Positions 26,902 to 37,700 of a DNA stretch of 64,000 nt are shown here, piece by piece (position 1 is the stretch's first letter; every line of letters starts with the position of its first letter). The notes beneath the pieces are model-generated. The model was not told the origin of the DNA, did no database searches, and saw only the letters and a list, made by a program, of their open reading frames with translations. This DNA is from Eledone cirrhosa (Eukaryota). The position numbers were made by a program, and so were the translations under genes. Location of the stretch: positions 5,208,001-5,272,000 of the forward strand of contig OZ024761.1 in assembly GCA_964016885.1 (NCBI GenBank), read 5' to 3'.

Positions 26902-29645
26902 ACATACATGATGGCTGCCCCCTCGTTATCGAGTATGGCCATTGCACGATATACCATTATTAATAATTATTAATTAATTCTATCGTGCAAAGCCTGTGTG
27001 TGAAGATATTTTGTGGGGAAAGTGAGGAAAGACTGTGCACTGAGCCAATCCCACTCTCTGAGCTACAGTAGCTATAACCCTAAAAGAAGAAAAGATCAAC
27101 AACAACGGTAACTACTTAGCACAGGTTTTATGTCAGAGTTCTCCCAGTTTCCTGAGTTGCCTTCTCCTAGAAGAATGCCCTGACAAAGGCTAGGGGTCCT
27201 TTACTCCCAGTGGTATAACTGCATGATTGGGTATTCAGCCCAAATATTTCTATGTTCCCGAGCATATACGTACAGATGCACCCATGTATATACATATATA
27301 CCTATATATATATACATACATACACATGCATACATGTATATACATATATACCTATATATATATACATACATACACATGCATACATGTATATACATATATA
27401 CCTATATATATATACATACATACACATGCATACATGTATATACATATATACCTATATATATATATATATACATAGATACACATGCATACATGTATATACA
27501 TATATACCTATATATATATATATATACATACATACACATGCATACATGTATATACATATTTACACATTTTTGGATGGCCATTGACTCTTATGAGCTCTTC
27601 CGTCCTTTGTCAGGTTTTGTTCTTTGTCCTGCAGGGTGTCCAAAATCACACTCCTCACCAACTTGGTGGGGTTGCCAGTTTAGTCGTTGATGACCCGACC
27701 ATGCTACAGGATGTACTGGGTTACATGTTACCAATAGCACTCAAGAGTGACCCGACATATATATATATATACACACACACTCAAACACATACACACATAT
27801 ATATACATACATACACACATACACACTCAAACACATACACACACATATATATATATATATATATACTTTCACTTCCATTCAATCTCACTCTCTCACTTTT
27901 TCTGGTAGAAATCTGCTATATTGAGTCACATACACACTCACATACACATACATACACACTCACATACACATACATACACATTCACATACACATACATACA
28001 CACTCACATACACATACATACACACTCACATACATACATACACACTCACATACACATACATACACACTCACATACATACATACACACTCACATACATATA
28101 CATACACACTCACATACATACATACTCACACAGCTACATACATACAAGAATGACTATTTCATCTTATGATAGCCATCGCAACACCACCTAAACCATCATT
28201 ACAAGTCTATACCATCCCATGATTGCTTCATCTTATGACAGCCATCTCAACACCACCTAAACCATCATTACAAGTCTATACTATCACATGATTGCTTCAT
28301 CTTATGATAGCCATCTCAACACCATCTAAACCATCATTACAAGTCTATACCATCCCATGATTGGTTCATCTTATGACAGCCATCTCAACACCACCTAAAC
28401 CATCATTACAAGTCTATACTATCCGATGATTGCTTCATCTTATGATAGCCATCTCAACACCACCTAAACCATCATTACAAGTCTATACTATCACATGATT
28501 GCTTCATCTTATGATAGCCATCTCAACACCACCTAAACCATCATTACAAGTCTATACCATCCCATGATTGGTTCATCTTATGACAGCCATCTCACCACTA
28601 CCTAAACCATCATTACAAGTCTATACTATCCGATGATTGCTTCATCTTATGATAGCCATCTCACCACTACCTAAACCATCATTACAAGTCTATACTATCA
28701 CATGATTGCTTCATCTTATGATAGCCATCTCAACACCACCTAAACCATCATTACAAGTCTATACCATCCGATGATTGCTTCATCTTATGATAGCCATCTC
28801 AACACCACCTAAACCATCATTACAAGTCTATACCATCCCATGATTGCTTCATCTTATGATAGCCATCTCAACACCACCTAAACCATTATTACAAGTCTAT
28901 ACCATCACATGATTGCTTCATCTTATGATAGCCATCTCAACACCACCTAAACCATTATTACAAGTCTATACCATCACATGATTGCTTCATCTTATGATAG
29001 CCATCTCAACACCATCTAAACCATTATTACAAGTCTATACCATCCCATGATTGCTTCATCTTATGATAGCCATCTCAACACCACCTAAACCATCATTACA
29101 AGTCTATACCATCCCATGATTGCTTCATCTTATAACAGCCATCTCAACACCACCTAAACCATTATTACAAGTCTATACTATCACATGATTGCTTCATCTT
29201 ATGATAGCCATCTCAACACCACCTAAACCATCATTACAAGTCTATACCATCGCATGTGTACGGAGGTGACTTTTCAGTCCAGCAATAAAATACAATAACA
29301 ACATCCCACCCTGGGACAACATTTAAACATATGATACCTCAGTGCAAGTGACTGGGGTACTATAACTGCTCCCACCTATACTTCACCTCCTCACAAAACA
29401 TACATAGCTATATATTTAATATACACAAAACTTGAGAGAGACCCACAGAAGATATTTAACTAATCATTGTTTTATATTTTATCCAGGGTGATTCTGGTGG
29501 TCCTTTCTACTGTCCCAGTAGAAATGGTCAAATGGTTGTGGCTGGTATTACATCATTTGGTTATGATTGTGCTAAAGATGCTGCTATCTTTACAAGTGTA
29601 TCTTACTTCAGAGACTGGATCCTATCAACTTTAAATTCATTATAG
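19260..29645 (+). CDS. Secreted chymotrypsin-like S1 serine protease, copy B (complete, 6 exons, 254 aa)
   Basis: Exons 19260-19308, 19963-20113, 21060-21181, 23773-23907, 25153-25301 and 29487-29645 total 765 nt, with intron phases 1,2,1,1,0 and no stops. Protein: [254 protein letters not shown]. The His/Asp/Ser triad is intact. Confidence 0.96.
20261..20452 (+). mobile_element. tRNA-derived SINE, copy B intron 2
   Basis: Mirror of 10474-10666. Confidence 0.8.
20452..20983. repeat. 111-bp minisatellite, intron 2 of copy B (~5 units)
   Basis: Reverse complement of the array in A. Confidence 0.95.
22095..23660 (+). mobile_element. Decayed R4/Dong-like non-LTR retrotransposon (RT N-terminus, Zn knuckle, RLE), copy B intron 3
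   Basis: [65 protein letters not shown] motifs with stops and frameshifts; preceded by (TAA)n. Confidence 0.85.
22894..23249 (+). mobile_element. Solo LTR (356 bp) nested in the LINE relic of copy B
   Basis: TGTAAC...CATTATA termini (TG..CA with one change), 4-bp target duplication AAGG at 22890-22893 and 23250-23253, internal CCAAT and AATAAA; empty site in A and C. Confidence 0.75.
24635..25120. repeat. 54-bp minisatellite, intron 4 of copy B (~9 units)
   Basis: Reverse complement of the array in A. Confidence 0.95.
28158..29255. repeat. 69-bp minisatellite, intron 5 of copy B (~16 units)
   Basis: Reverse complement of the unit at 1-69. Confidence 0.96.
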
Positions 29646-29697
29646 ATTGTTGAAACCAGTTGAGAGAAAATTGAACTTGATATCTCAAACATTATTG

Positions 29698-29703
29698 AAT
29701 AAA
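29698..29703 (+). terminator. Poly(A) signal of copy B
   Basis: AATAAA about 53 nt after the TAG stop, followed by a T/GT-rich stretch. Confidence 0.7.
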
Positions 29704-30365
29704 AGAGATTTTCACTGAATAATATGTTTTCTGTCTTGTATTTACATCTATTTTCCTGTTAAAACTGATACCATGAAGATGAGTTTCATAGCAACGGTTT
29801 TGTGACCTCCATGCTATATATTTAAGGGTGTGACCCCATATAACCTCTACCCACCAAAAACACAACACAATACACACGTTACCCCTCGTCCCCAAATGTA
29901 ACATTCGGGTGAATTGCTCCATGCTAACCACGCTACTGATAAAGATTATTGTTAATATCCCTGGTGCTCATGTGTATGTGAGTGTATGTTTGTGTGTGTG
30001 AATGAGTGTGTGTTTGAAAAATATTCTCTCAGTGTATGAATAGAATGAGTTACTTAGAAGAATGACTCACCACTTCACTATCGAATCATATTTGGGATAT
30101 AAAGGATGATCATTTTAACAATTACAAAATCAATTGAATCTATATAAAAGATGTGTATTGATACATAAATGACTCAAGAAGGTTTGGTCATTGTCTCTCG
30201 GTGAAATAAAATATCGTATTATAGCTTCTGGTTAATTTGAACAAATGATCTGAATTGGGGAATTCTTGCTGGCACTACCGTCAATATTTATTGAATAATT
30301 GACAACTACTAACTTCTAAACAACCACAAAATTTGAGTGACTTCTACCCATCCATCCGTCTATCT

Positions 30366-31221
30366 GTCACACACTAGAGATGACTGAGGAAGGAAGGGGT
30401 GATGACGTCACACACTAGAGATGACTGAGGAAGGAAGGAGTGATGACGTCACACACTAGAGATGACTGAGGAAGGAAGGGGTGATGACGTCACACACTAG
30501 AGATGACCGAGGAAGGAAGGGGTGATGATGTCACACACTAGAGATGACTGTGGAAGGAAGGGGTGATGATGTCACACACTAGAGATAACCGAGGAAGGAA
30601 GGGGTGATGATGTCACACACTAGAGATGACTGTGGAAGGAAGGGGTGATGATGTCACACACTAGAGATGACTGAGGAAGGAAGGGGTGATGACGTCACAC
30701 ACTAGAGATGACTGAGGAAAGAAGGGGTGATGACGTCACACACTAGAGATGACTGAGGAAGGAAGGGGTGATGATGTCACACACTAGAGATGACTGAGGA
30801 AGGAAGGGGTGATGATGTCACACACTAGAGATGACTGAGGAAGGAAGGGGTAATGACGTCACACACTAGAGATGACTGAGGAAGGAAGGGGTGATGACGT
30901 CATACACTAGAGATGACTGAGGAAGGAAGGGGTGATGACGTCACACACTAGAGATGACTGAGGAAAGAAAGGGTGATGACGTCACACACTAGAGATGACT
31001 GAAGAAGGAAGGGGTGATGACGTCACACACTAGAGATGACTAAGGAAGGAAGGGGTGATGACGTCACACACTAGAGATGACTGAGGAAGGAAGGGGTGAT
31101 GACGTTACACACTAGAGATGACTGAGGAAGGAAGGAATGATGACGTCACACACTAGAGATGACTGCGGAAGGAAGGGGTGATGACGTCACACACTAGAGA
31201 TGACTGAGGAAGGAAGGGGTG
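30366..31221. repeat. 41-bp minisatellite (~21 units) containing TGACGTCA
   Basis: Unit GTCACACACTAGAGATGACTGAGGAAGGAAGGGGTGATGAC. Confidence 0.97.
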
Positions 31222-31592
31222 ACTACAAACTACAGAAAACAGGGTTTAACATTCACTTCACTTGTGTGTAGAACCTATATATACATTTGAGCTACTTCCA
31301 TCCATCACACAATGTGTGTGTGGTTGTGTGAATGTATGTGTGTGTGAAAAGAAGGAAGCAGATGGTGAAAAAACTATAACAAAACAACAGATCGCGTTTC
31401 ATTTGCTACGCTGTGTGTATAAATGTATGCATATACACATACACACATGCACACACATATACACATACATGTTTAAGGTCAACATCCCATTACACAAACT
31501 TACTAATCCTAGTATGGAGAATATGTTGAGTTGTTTAGTGTAAACATAGTTGAAAATTGCAAGAGTTGCCTGGCTGATCAAAATATATTACT

Positions 31593-31790
31593 GGGCAGTG
31601 GAGTGACCGTATTGGTAGAGTGTCAGACACCATACTTTGGTAGCATAGAGTTATGGCCATTTACGTTCTGAGTTGAAATTCCACTGAGGTTAACTTTGCC
31701 TTTCAACCTTACGGGATCAATAAAATAAAGTATCAGTAATACATTGAGGTAATTGCTGACCTTGTGCCAAAAGTAGAGACAATTATTAAT
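31593..31790 (+). mobile_element. tRNA-derived SINE
   Basis: Same family as 20261-20452 (GGGCAGTGG..TTCTGAGTTGAAA..CCTTGTGCCAAAAG..ATTATTA). Confidence 0.75.
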
Positions 31791-32905
31791 TGTTGATGAA
31801 AGTGAGATAGATGACAAACAATTGTTAATGTAGTTATTGGTTCAGTTAAAAATCCTCCCAAAACCTTCATAATATACTTTTTCTCACTCTAATAACCTCT
31901 GTGTAGTCATAGATCAAATTATCAATGGTTTGCTAAGAAATATGGCTGTTCCAAGAGAAAATGTTCTAATATTGTCTGCTACAGCTTGGTATATAATAGC
32001 TACTGGAGAAACAGTGCAAGTTATCTCCCCTAAGCTCTTCCATGTAACCTGATTCTCTCACTTACTACACAGCTGCAGTAGATTGTCTGATTGTCACCAT
32101 CATGGCTGCTACTGTAAACAAACACTGTTGAGAGTATTCAAAACATTTGGATATCCACCTCAGTTAATTGGGACCAAGTGAGGTAGCTGGTGAGATACCT
32201 GAAATTACTATGTTAAGAACCTTGAGGAAGTTACAGAAATCATAGAGAGTTCTGAGGACAAAGGAATTTTGGTGCAGAGAGCAAAAGAATCTGCATGAAA
32301 TCCTGAGATCAGAAGTAACATCACCCAAATATGTTCAAACTATCTGTAGTTGAAATCCTGAGATCAGGAGTAACATCACCCAAATCTGTTCAAACTATCT
32401 GTAGTTGAAATCCTGAGATCAGGAGTAACCTCACCCAAATCTGTTCAAACTATCTGTAGTTGAAATCCTGTGATCAGGAGTAACCTCACCCAAATCTGTT
32501 CAAACTATCTGTAGTTGAAATCCTGTGATCAGGAGTAACCTCACCCAAATCTGTTCAAACTATCTGTAGTTGAAATCCTGTGATCAGGAGTAACCTCACC
32601 CAAATCTGTTCAAACTATCTGTAGTTGAAATCCTGTGATCAGGAGTAACCTCACCCAAATCTGTTCAAACTATCTGTAGTTGAAATCCTGTGATCAGGAG
32701 TAACCTCACCCAAATCTGTTCAAACTATCTGTAGTTGAAATCCTGTGATCAGGAGTAACCTCACCCAAATCTGTTCAAACTATCTGTAGTTGAAATCCTG
32801 TGATCAGAATAACCATCACCCAAATCTGATCAAACTATCTGTAGTTGAAATCCTGTGATCAGGAGTAACCTCACCCAAATCTGTTTAAACTATCTGTAGT
32901 TGAAA

Positions 32906-33092
32906 TAATTGTTTCTATATTTGGCACAAGGCCAGTAATTATCCAGTGTATTACTGGTGCATTATTCTATCGACCCCGTAAGGATGAAAAGCAAAGTTAA
33001 CCTCCGCAGGATTTGAATTCAGACCATAAAGGGACGTAACTCTTTGCTGAAAACCATGGCGTCTAACCCTCTACCGATACTGCCAATTGGTG
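32906..33092 (-). mobile_element. tRNA-derived SINE inside the 55-bp array
   Basis: Same family; near-identical second copy at 34933-35120. Confidence 0.8.
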
Positions 33093-34932
33093 CAGAGGGC
33101 GAAAGAATCTGCATGAAATCCTGAGATCAGAAGTAACATCACCCAAATATGTTCAAACTATCTGTAGTTGAAATCCTGAGAATAGGAGTAACCCCACCCA
33201 AATCTGTTTAAACTATCTGTAGTTGAAATCCTGAGATTAGGAGTAACCCCACCCAAATCTGTTTAAACTATCTGTAGTTGAAATCCTGAGATTAGGAGTA
33301 ACCCCACCCAAATCTGTTTAAACTATCTGTAGTTGAAATCCTGAGATTAGGAGTAACCCCACTCAAATCTGTTTAAACTATCTGTAGTTGAAATCCTGAG
33401 ATTAGGAGTAACCCCACCCAAATCTGTTTAGACTATCTGTAGTTGAAATCCTGAGATCAGGAGAAACCCACCCAAATCTGTTCAAACTATCTGTAGTTGA
33501 AATACTGAGATTAAGAGTAGCCCCACCCAAATCTGTTTAAACTATCTGTAGTTGAAATACTGAGATTAGGAGTAACCTCACCCAAATCTGTTTAAACTAT
33601 CTGTAGTTGAAATCCTGTGATCAAGAGTAACCCCACCCAAATCTGTTTAAACTATCTGTAGTTGAAATCCTGAGATCAGGAGTAACCTCACCCAAATCTG
33701 TTCAAACTATCTGTAGTTGAAATCCTGAGATCAGGAGTAACCCCACCCAAATCTGTTTAAACTATCTGTAGTTGAAATACTGAGATTAAGAGTAGCCCCA
33801 CCCAAATCTGTTTAAACTATCTGTAGTTGAAATACTGAGATCAGGAGTAACCTCACCCAAATCTGTTCAAACTATCTGTAGTTGAAATCCTGTGATCAGG
33901 AGTAACCCCACCCAAATCTGTTTAAACTATCTGTAGTTGAAATACTGAGATTAGGAGTAACCCCACCCAAATCTGTTCAAACTATCTGTAGTTGAAATCC
34001 TGAGATCAGGAGTAACACCACCCAAATCTGTTCAAACTATCTGTAGTTGAAATACTGAGATTAGGAGTAACCCCACCCAAATCTGTTCAAACTATCTGTA
34101 GTTGAAATACTGAGATTAGGAGTAACCCCACCCAAATATGTTCAAACTATCTGTAGTTGAAATCCTGAGATCAGGAGTAACCCCACCCAAATCTGTTCAA
34201 ACTATCTGTAGTTGAAATCCTGTGATCAAGAGTAACCCCACCCAAATCTGTTTAAACTATCTGTAGTTGAAATACTGAGATTAGGAGTAACCTCACCCAA
34301 ATCTGTTCAAACTATCTGTAGTTGAAATCCTGTGATCAAGAGTAACCCCACCCAAATCTGTTTAAACTATCTGTAGTTGAAATACTGAGATTAGGAGTAA
34401 CCCCACCCAAATCTGTTTAAACTATCTGTAGTTGAAATCCTGAGATCAGGAGTAACCTCACCCAAATCTGTTTAAACTATCTGTAGTTGAAATACTGAAA
34501 TTAGGAGTAACCCCACCCAAATATGTTCAAACTATCTGTAGTTGAAATACTGAGATTAGGAGTAACCCCACCCAAATCTGTTTAAACTATCTGTAGTTGA
34601 AATCCTGTGATCAGGAGTAACCCCACCCAAATCTGTTCAAACTATCTGTAGTTGAAATACTGAGATTAGGAGTAACCTCACCCAAATCTGTTCAAACTAT
34701 CTGTAGTTGAAATAATGAGATCAGGAGTAACCTCACCCAAATCTGTTCAAACTATCTGTAGTTGAAATACTGAGATTAGGAGTAACCCCACCCAAATCTG
34801 TTTAAACTATCTGTAGTTGAAATCCTGTGATCAGGAGTAACCCCACCCAAATCTGTTCAAACTATCTGTAGTTGAAATACTGAGATTAGGAGTAACCCCA
34901 CCCAAATCTGTTCAAACTATCTGTAGTTGAAA

Positions 34933-35120
34933 TAACTGTTTCTATATTTGGCACAAGGCCAGTAATTATCCAGTGTATTACTGGTGCATTATTCTATCGA
35001 CCCCGTAAGGATGAAAAGCAAAGTTAACCTCTGCGGGATTTGAATTCAGACCATAAAGGGACGTAACTCTTTGCTGAAAACCATGGCGTCTAACCCTCTA
35101 CCGATACTGCCAATTGGTGC
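34933..35120 (-). mobile_element. tRNA-derived SINE (duplicate of 32906-33092)
   Basis: Near-identical sequence with the same flanks. Confidence 0.8.
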
Positions 35121-35949
35121 AGAGGGCGAAAGAATCTGCATGAAATCCTGGGATCAGAAGTAACCCCACCCAAATCTGTTCAAATTATCTGTAGTTGAAA
35201 TCCTGAGATCAGGAATAACCCCACCCAAATATGTTCAAACAATCTCTAGTTGAAATTTACCAAAGACCCATGTTGCACTATGAATTACATTGACTTTAGA
35301 TTCAATAAAACCAAAATCAATTCCATAATTCTACACCAAATTTCACCCAGGGAATATGTAGATCTGAGACAATGTCAAGTAACATCAGATGTTGTAGAAT
35401 TCAATTTTACGATGCTGAAAAACAATCCTTGCAAAAGACAGGAATTTTTTGTACTATAATAAATTTCCACAATAGTTATTTTTTTAAATTGTTTGATAAT
35501 ATATAAAAAGTAGAGTGAACTCCCTAATATTTATGGGATTAATAATAATAATAATAATGTTAAAATCACATTAAAGTTTTTAAAAAAAGGTTAAAATTAT
35601 GTCATTTTTTAGGTTAAATAAACTACCTTCTCTTTCAAAAGAGTGACACTCTCTTTGTTAATAGATAACATTTAATTTTAATGAATTGTTTTTATTATTT
35701 GAGTCCTCACCAAGGTTGACTTTGTGTTTTATAACTACGATATCGATAAAACAAAAGTACCTGTAATACACTGGTTGGATTTGATCAACTTTCTCCCCTC
35801 CAAAATTGTGGCCTTGTGTCCAGATCAAAAACCATTATTTAGATTAAATATGGTGGTAGAATGGCAGAATCGTTAGAGCATCGGACAACATGCTTTGAAT
35901 CATTTGTTCTTGCCCTTAGATGTTTCTTTAGAATTAGAAACTGGACTAT

Positions 35950-36135
35950 ATAGGTCTTTCTATATACCTGGTGTATATCTGTACTATGTAGACAGAACCT
36001 TTATCTATCCTACAACTAGTTCTTTCTATAAACCTGGTATATATCTTTACTATGTAGATAGAACCTTTATCTATCATACAAACAGGTCTTTCTATAAACC
36101 TGGTATATATCTTTACTATGTAGATAGAACCTTTA
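35950..36135. repeat. 66-bp tandem repeat (~3 units)
   Basis: TCTTTCTATAAACCTGGTATATATCTTTACTATGTAGATAGAACCTTTAT repeated. Confidence 0.85.
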
Positions 36136-36632
36136 TGTGTGCTCAGGTGCTCACAGTCTTCTGGCAAACGGACCCGGCGATCAGTGGAGACTCCACTTCG
36201 ACATTCTATAGAGGGTTGGTCCACAGCAAGTGCGACGACATGCTTGGAGAAACCCTAGGTGTAGAGGAGGACGAACTGGCCAGTCTGTTCGGTAGGCCCT
36301 TCTGCCCGGGACCAATGGACAACTTCCAAAAGTCCCTGGCCTGGCAGTGCTACCGAGGAGCTCTACCAGTTCGAGACAAGCTCTACAGACACGGGCGCCT
36401 GGGTAGGGACCCTTCGAAAAAGATCTGTCCGAGATGCGCGCGCGACGAGGAAACCGTCGGGCGCGCATTTGTACACTGCCTGGGCGTTACCGATCTGTGG
36501 GGCTATGTAGAACGACTATTGTCGCGGGTGGGACCAATCCGGTTGACCACCGAGTCCATTGTCATGATCAAACCACCACACTCCTTCAAAAACGAGGGAG
36601 AGGCGGTTTTCCTGTGTGTTATGGCTATGTGT
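36136..36632 (+). mobile_element. L1/Tx1-clade LINE ORF2 C-terminal (zf-RVT) fragment
   Basis: GC-rich island translating to NFQKSLAWQCYRGALPVRDKL..CPRCARDEETVGRAFVHC..LW, a degenerate CCHC zf-RVT motif. Confidence 0.75.
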
Positions 36633-36636
36633 ACGG

Positions 36637-36878
36637 TACTCTAGAACATCTCTTGGTATTATCTTTATTCTAGGACATCTGTTGGTATTATCATTACTCT
36701 AGGACATGTGTTGGTATTATCGGTACTCTAGAACATCTGTTGGTATTATCAGTATTCTAGGACATCTGTTGGTATTATCATTACTCTAGGACAGCTGTTG
36801 GTATTATTGGTACTCTGGGACATCTGTTGGTATTATAGGTATTCTAGGACATCTGTTGGTATTATCGGTATTCTAGGT
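36637..36878. repeat. 29-bp minisatellite (~8 units)
   Basis: CTCTAGGACATCTGTTGGTATTATCGGTA. Confidence 0.9.
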
Positions 36879-36879
36879 A

Positions 36880-37075
36880 CAAATACAATGTCTCCCTACA
36901 ACATCCAGTGAGGATTTTGGCTCCGATAATGTGAGGCTGGATCACAACTATGTGTCCCAATGCACAATCTTGGCTGATCCAGGTTTCTGAGAAACATGAT
37001 GACTGTGGAGTTCTTCAATTCAAGGTTGTGTGGTAACATACTGGATAGTTCCAGACTGTTGAGAAATTGGGGTGT
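36880..37075 (-). mobile_element. Helitron PIF1-like helicase fragment
   Basis: QFLNSLELSSMLPHNLELKNSTVIMFLRNLDQPRLCIGT and, in a shifted frame, PHIIGAKILTG resemble the Helitron motif EFLNSL..GLPPH.L.LK....MLLRNL....LCNGTRL..IEA.ILTG. Confidence 0.8.
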
Positions 37076-37642
37076 AATGATTGCTCTTTCATACAACCTT
37101 TAATCAAAGGAATGGTGAATTTAGAAATTGTGTAACACTTAAGTTTACAACACTTTCCGCAACAAGAAAATGAAGGATCAAAACACACTTCAGTGTGAAG
37201 GGATTGATTTTCCATAAATTTAAACAGTTCATGTGTAACTCTGAGGGTACCCCTTACTCTCAGAAAAAAGGAGTTATTGGTGAGTGAGCAGAATGTCAGA
37301 TTGGTTTAAAACAAATGAAAAAACCTAGAAAAGAAAGATTACTCCCACAGAAGAAATCAGGAATTTGATAGAGTCAGGGAAATGGCTGGGTTTCATATGT
37401 CGAAAGGCAGAGTGACTGGGTTGTGGGACATGTGCCACGATTGACATGTTTGGCGAGAGGGTACAGCATATTTGATCATTTTTCTATTTGTATGTCGTAA
37501 TTTTGTGGGTTGGGTCACACTCATAAGGACATAACCTGGAGGTCACAAAACACTTACTATACAATTGATCTTCATGGTATCAGTTTTAACAGGAAAATAG
37601 ATGTAAATACAAGACAGAAAACATTATTCAGTGAAAATCTCT

Positions 37643-37648
37643 TTTATT
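37643..37648 (-). terminator. Poly(A) signal of copy C
   Basis: TTTATT at the same offset from the stop codon as in B. Confidence 0.7.
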
Positions 37649-37700
37649 CAATAATGTTTGAGATATCAAGTTCAATTTTCTCTCAACTGGTTTCAACAAT

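Larger units (their letters stand above)
32296..35255. repeat. 55-bp minisatellite in three blocks separated by two SINE copies
   Basis: Unit TGAAATCCTGTGATCAGGAGTAACCTCACCCAAATCTGTTCAAACTATCTGTAGT. Confidence 0.96.
31790..35460 (+). pseudogene. Decayed hAT-like DNA transposase interrupted by a minisatellite and SINEs
   Basis: Broken frames give IVDESE, RENVLILSATAWYI, PKLFHVT*FSHLLHSC, NYYVKNLEEV..ILVQRAKE (31790-32345) and, after the array, CQVTSDVVEFNFTMLK (resembling the hAT dimerization motif TS..VERSFS.LK). Confidence 0.6.

Noticed and set aside
35895-36644. 249-aa ORF as a host gene
   Set aside because: Chance fusion of a 66-bp tandem repeat with a LINE zf-RVT fragment; non-ATG start.
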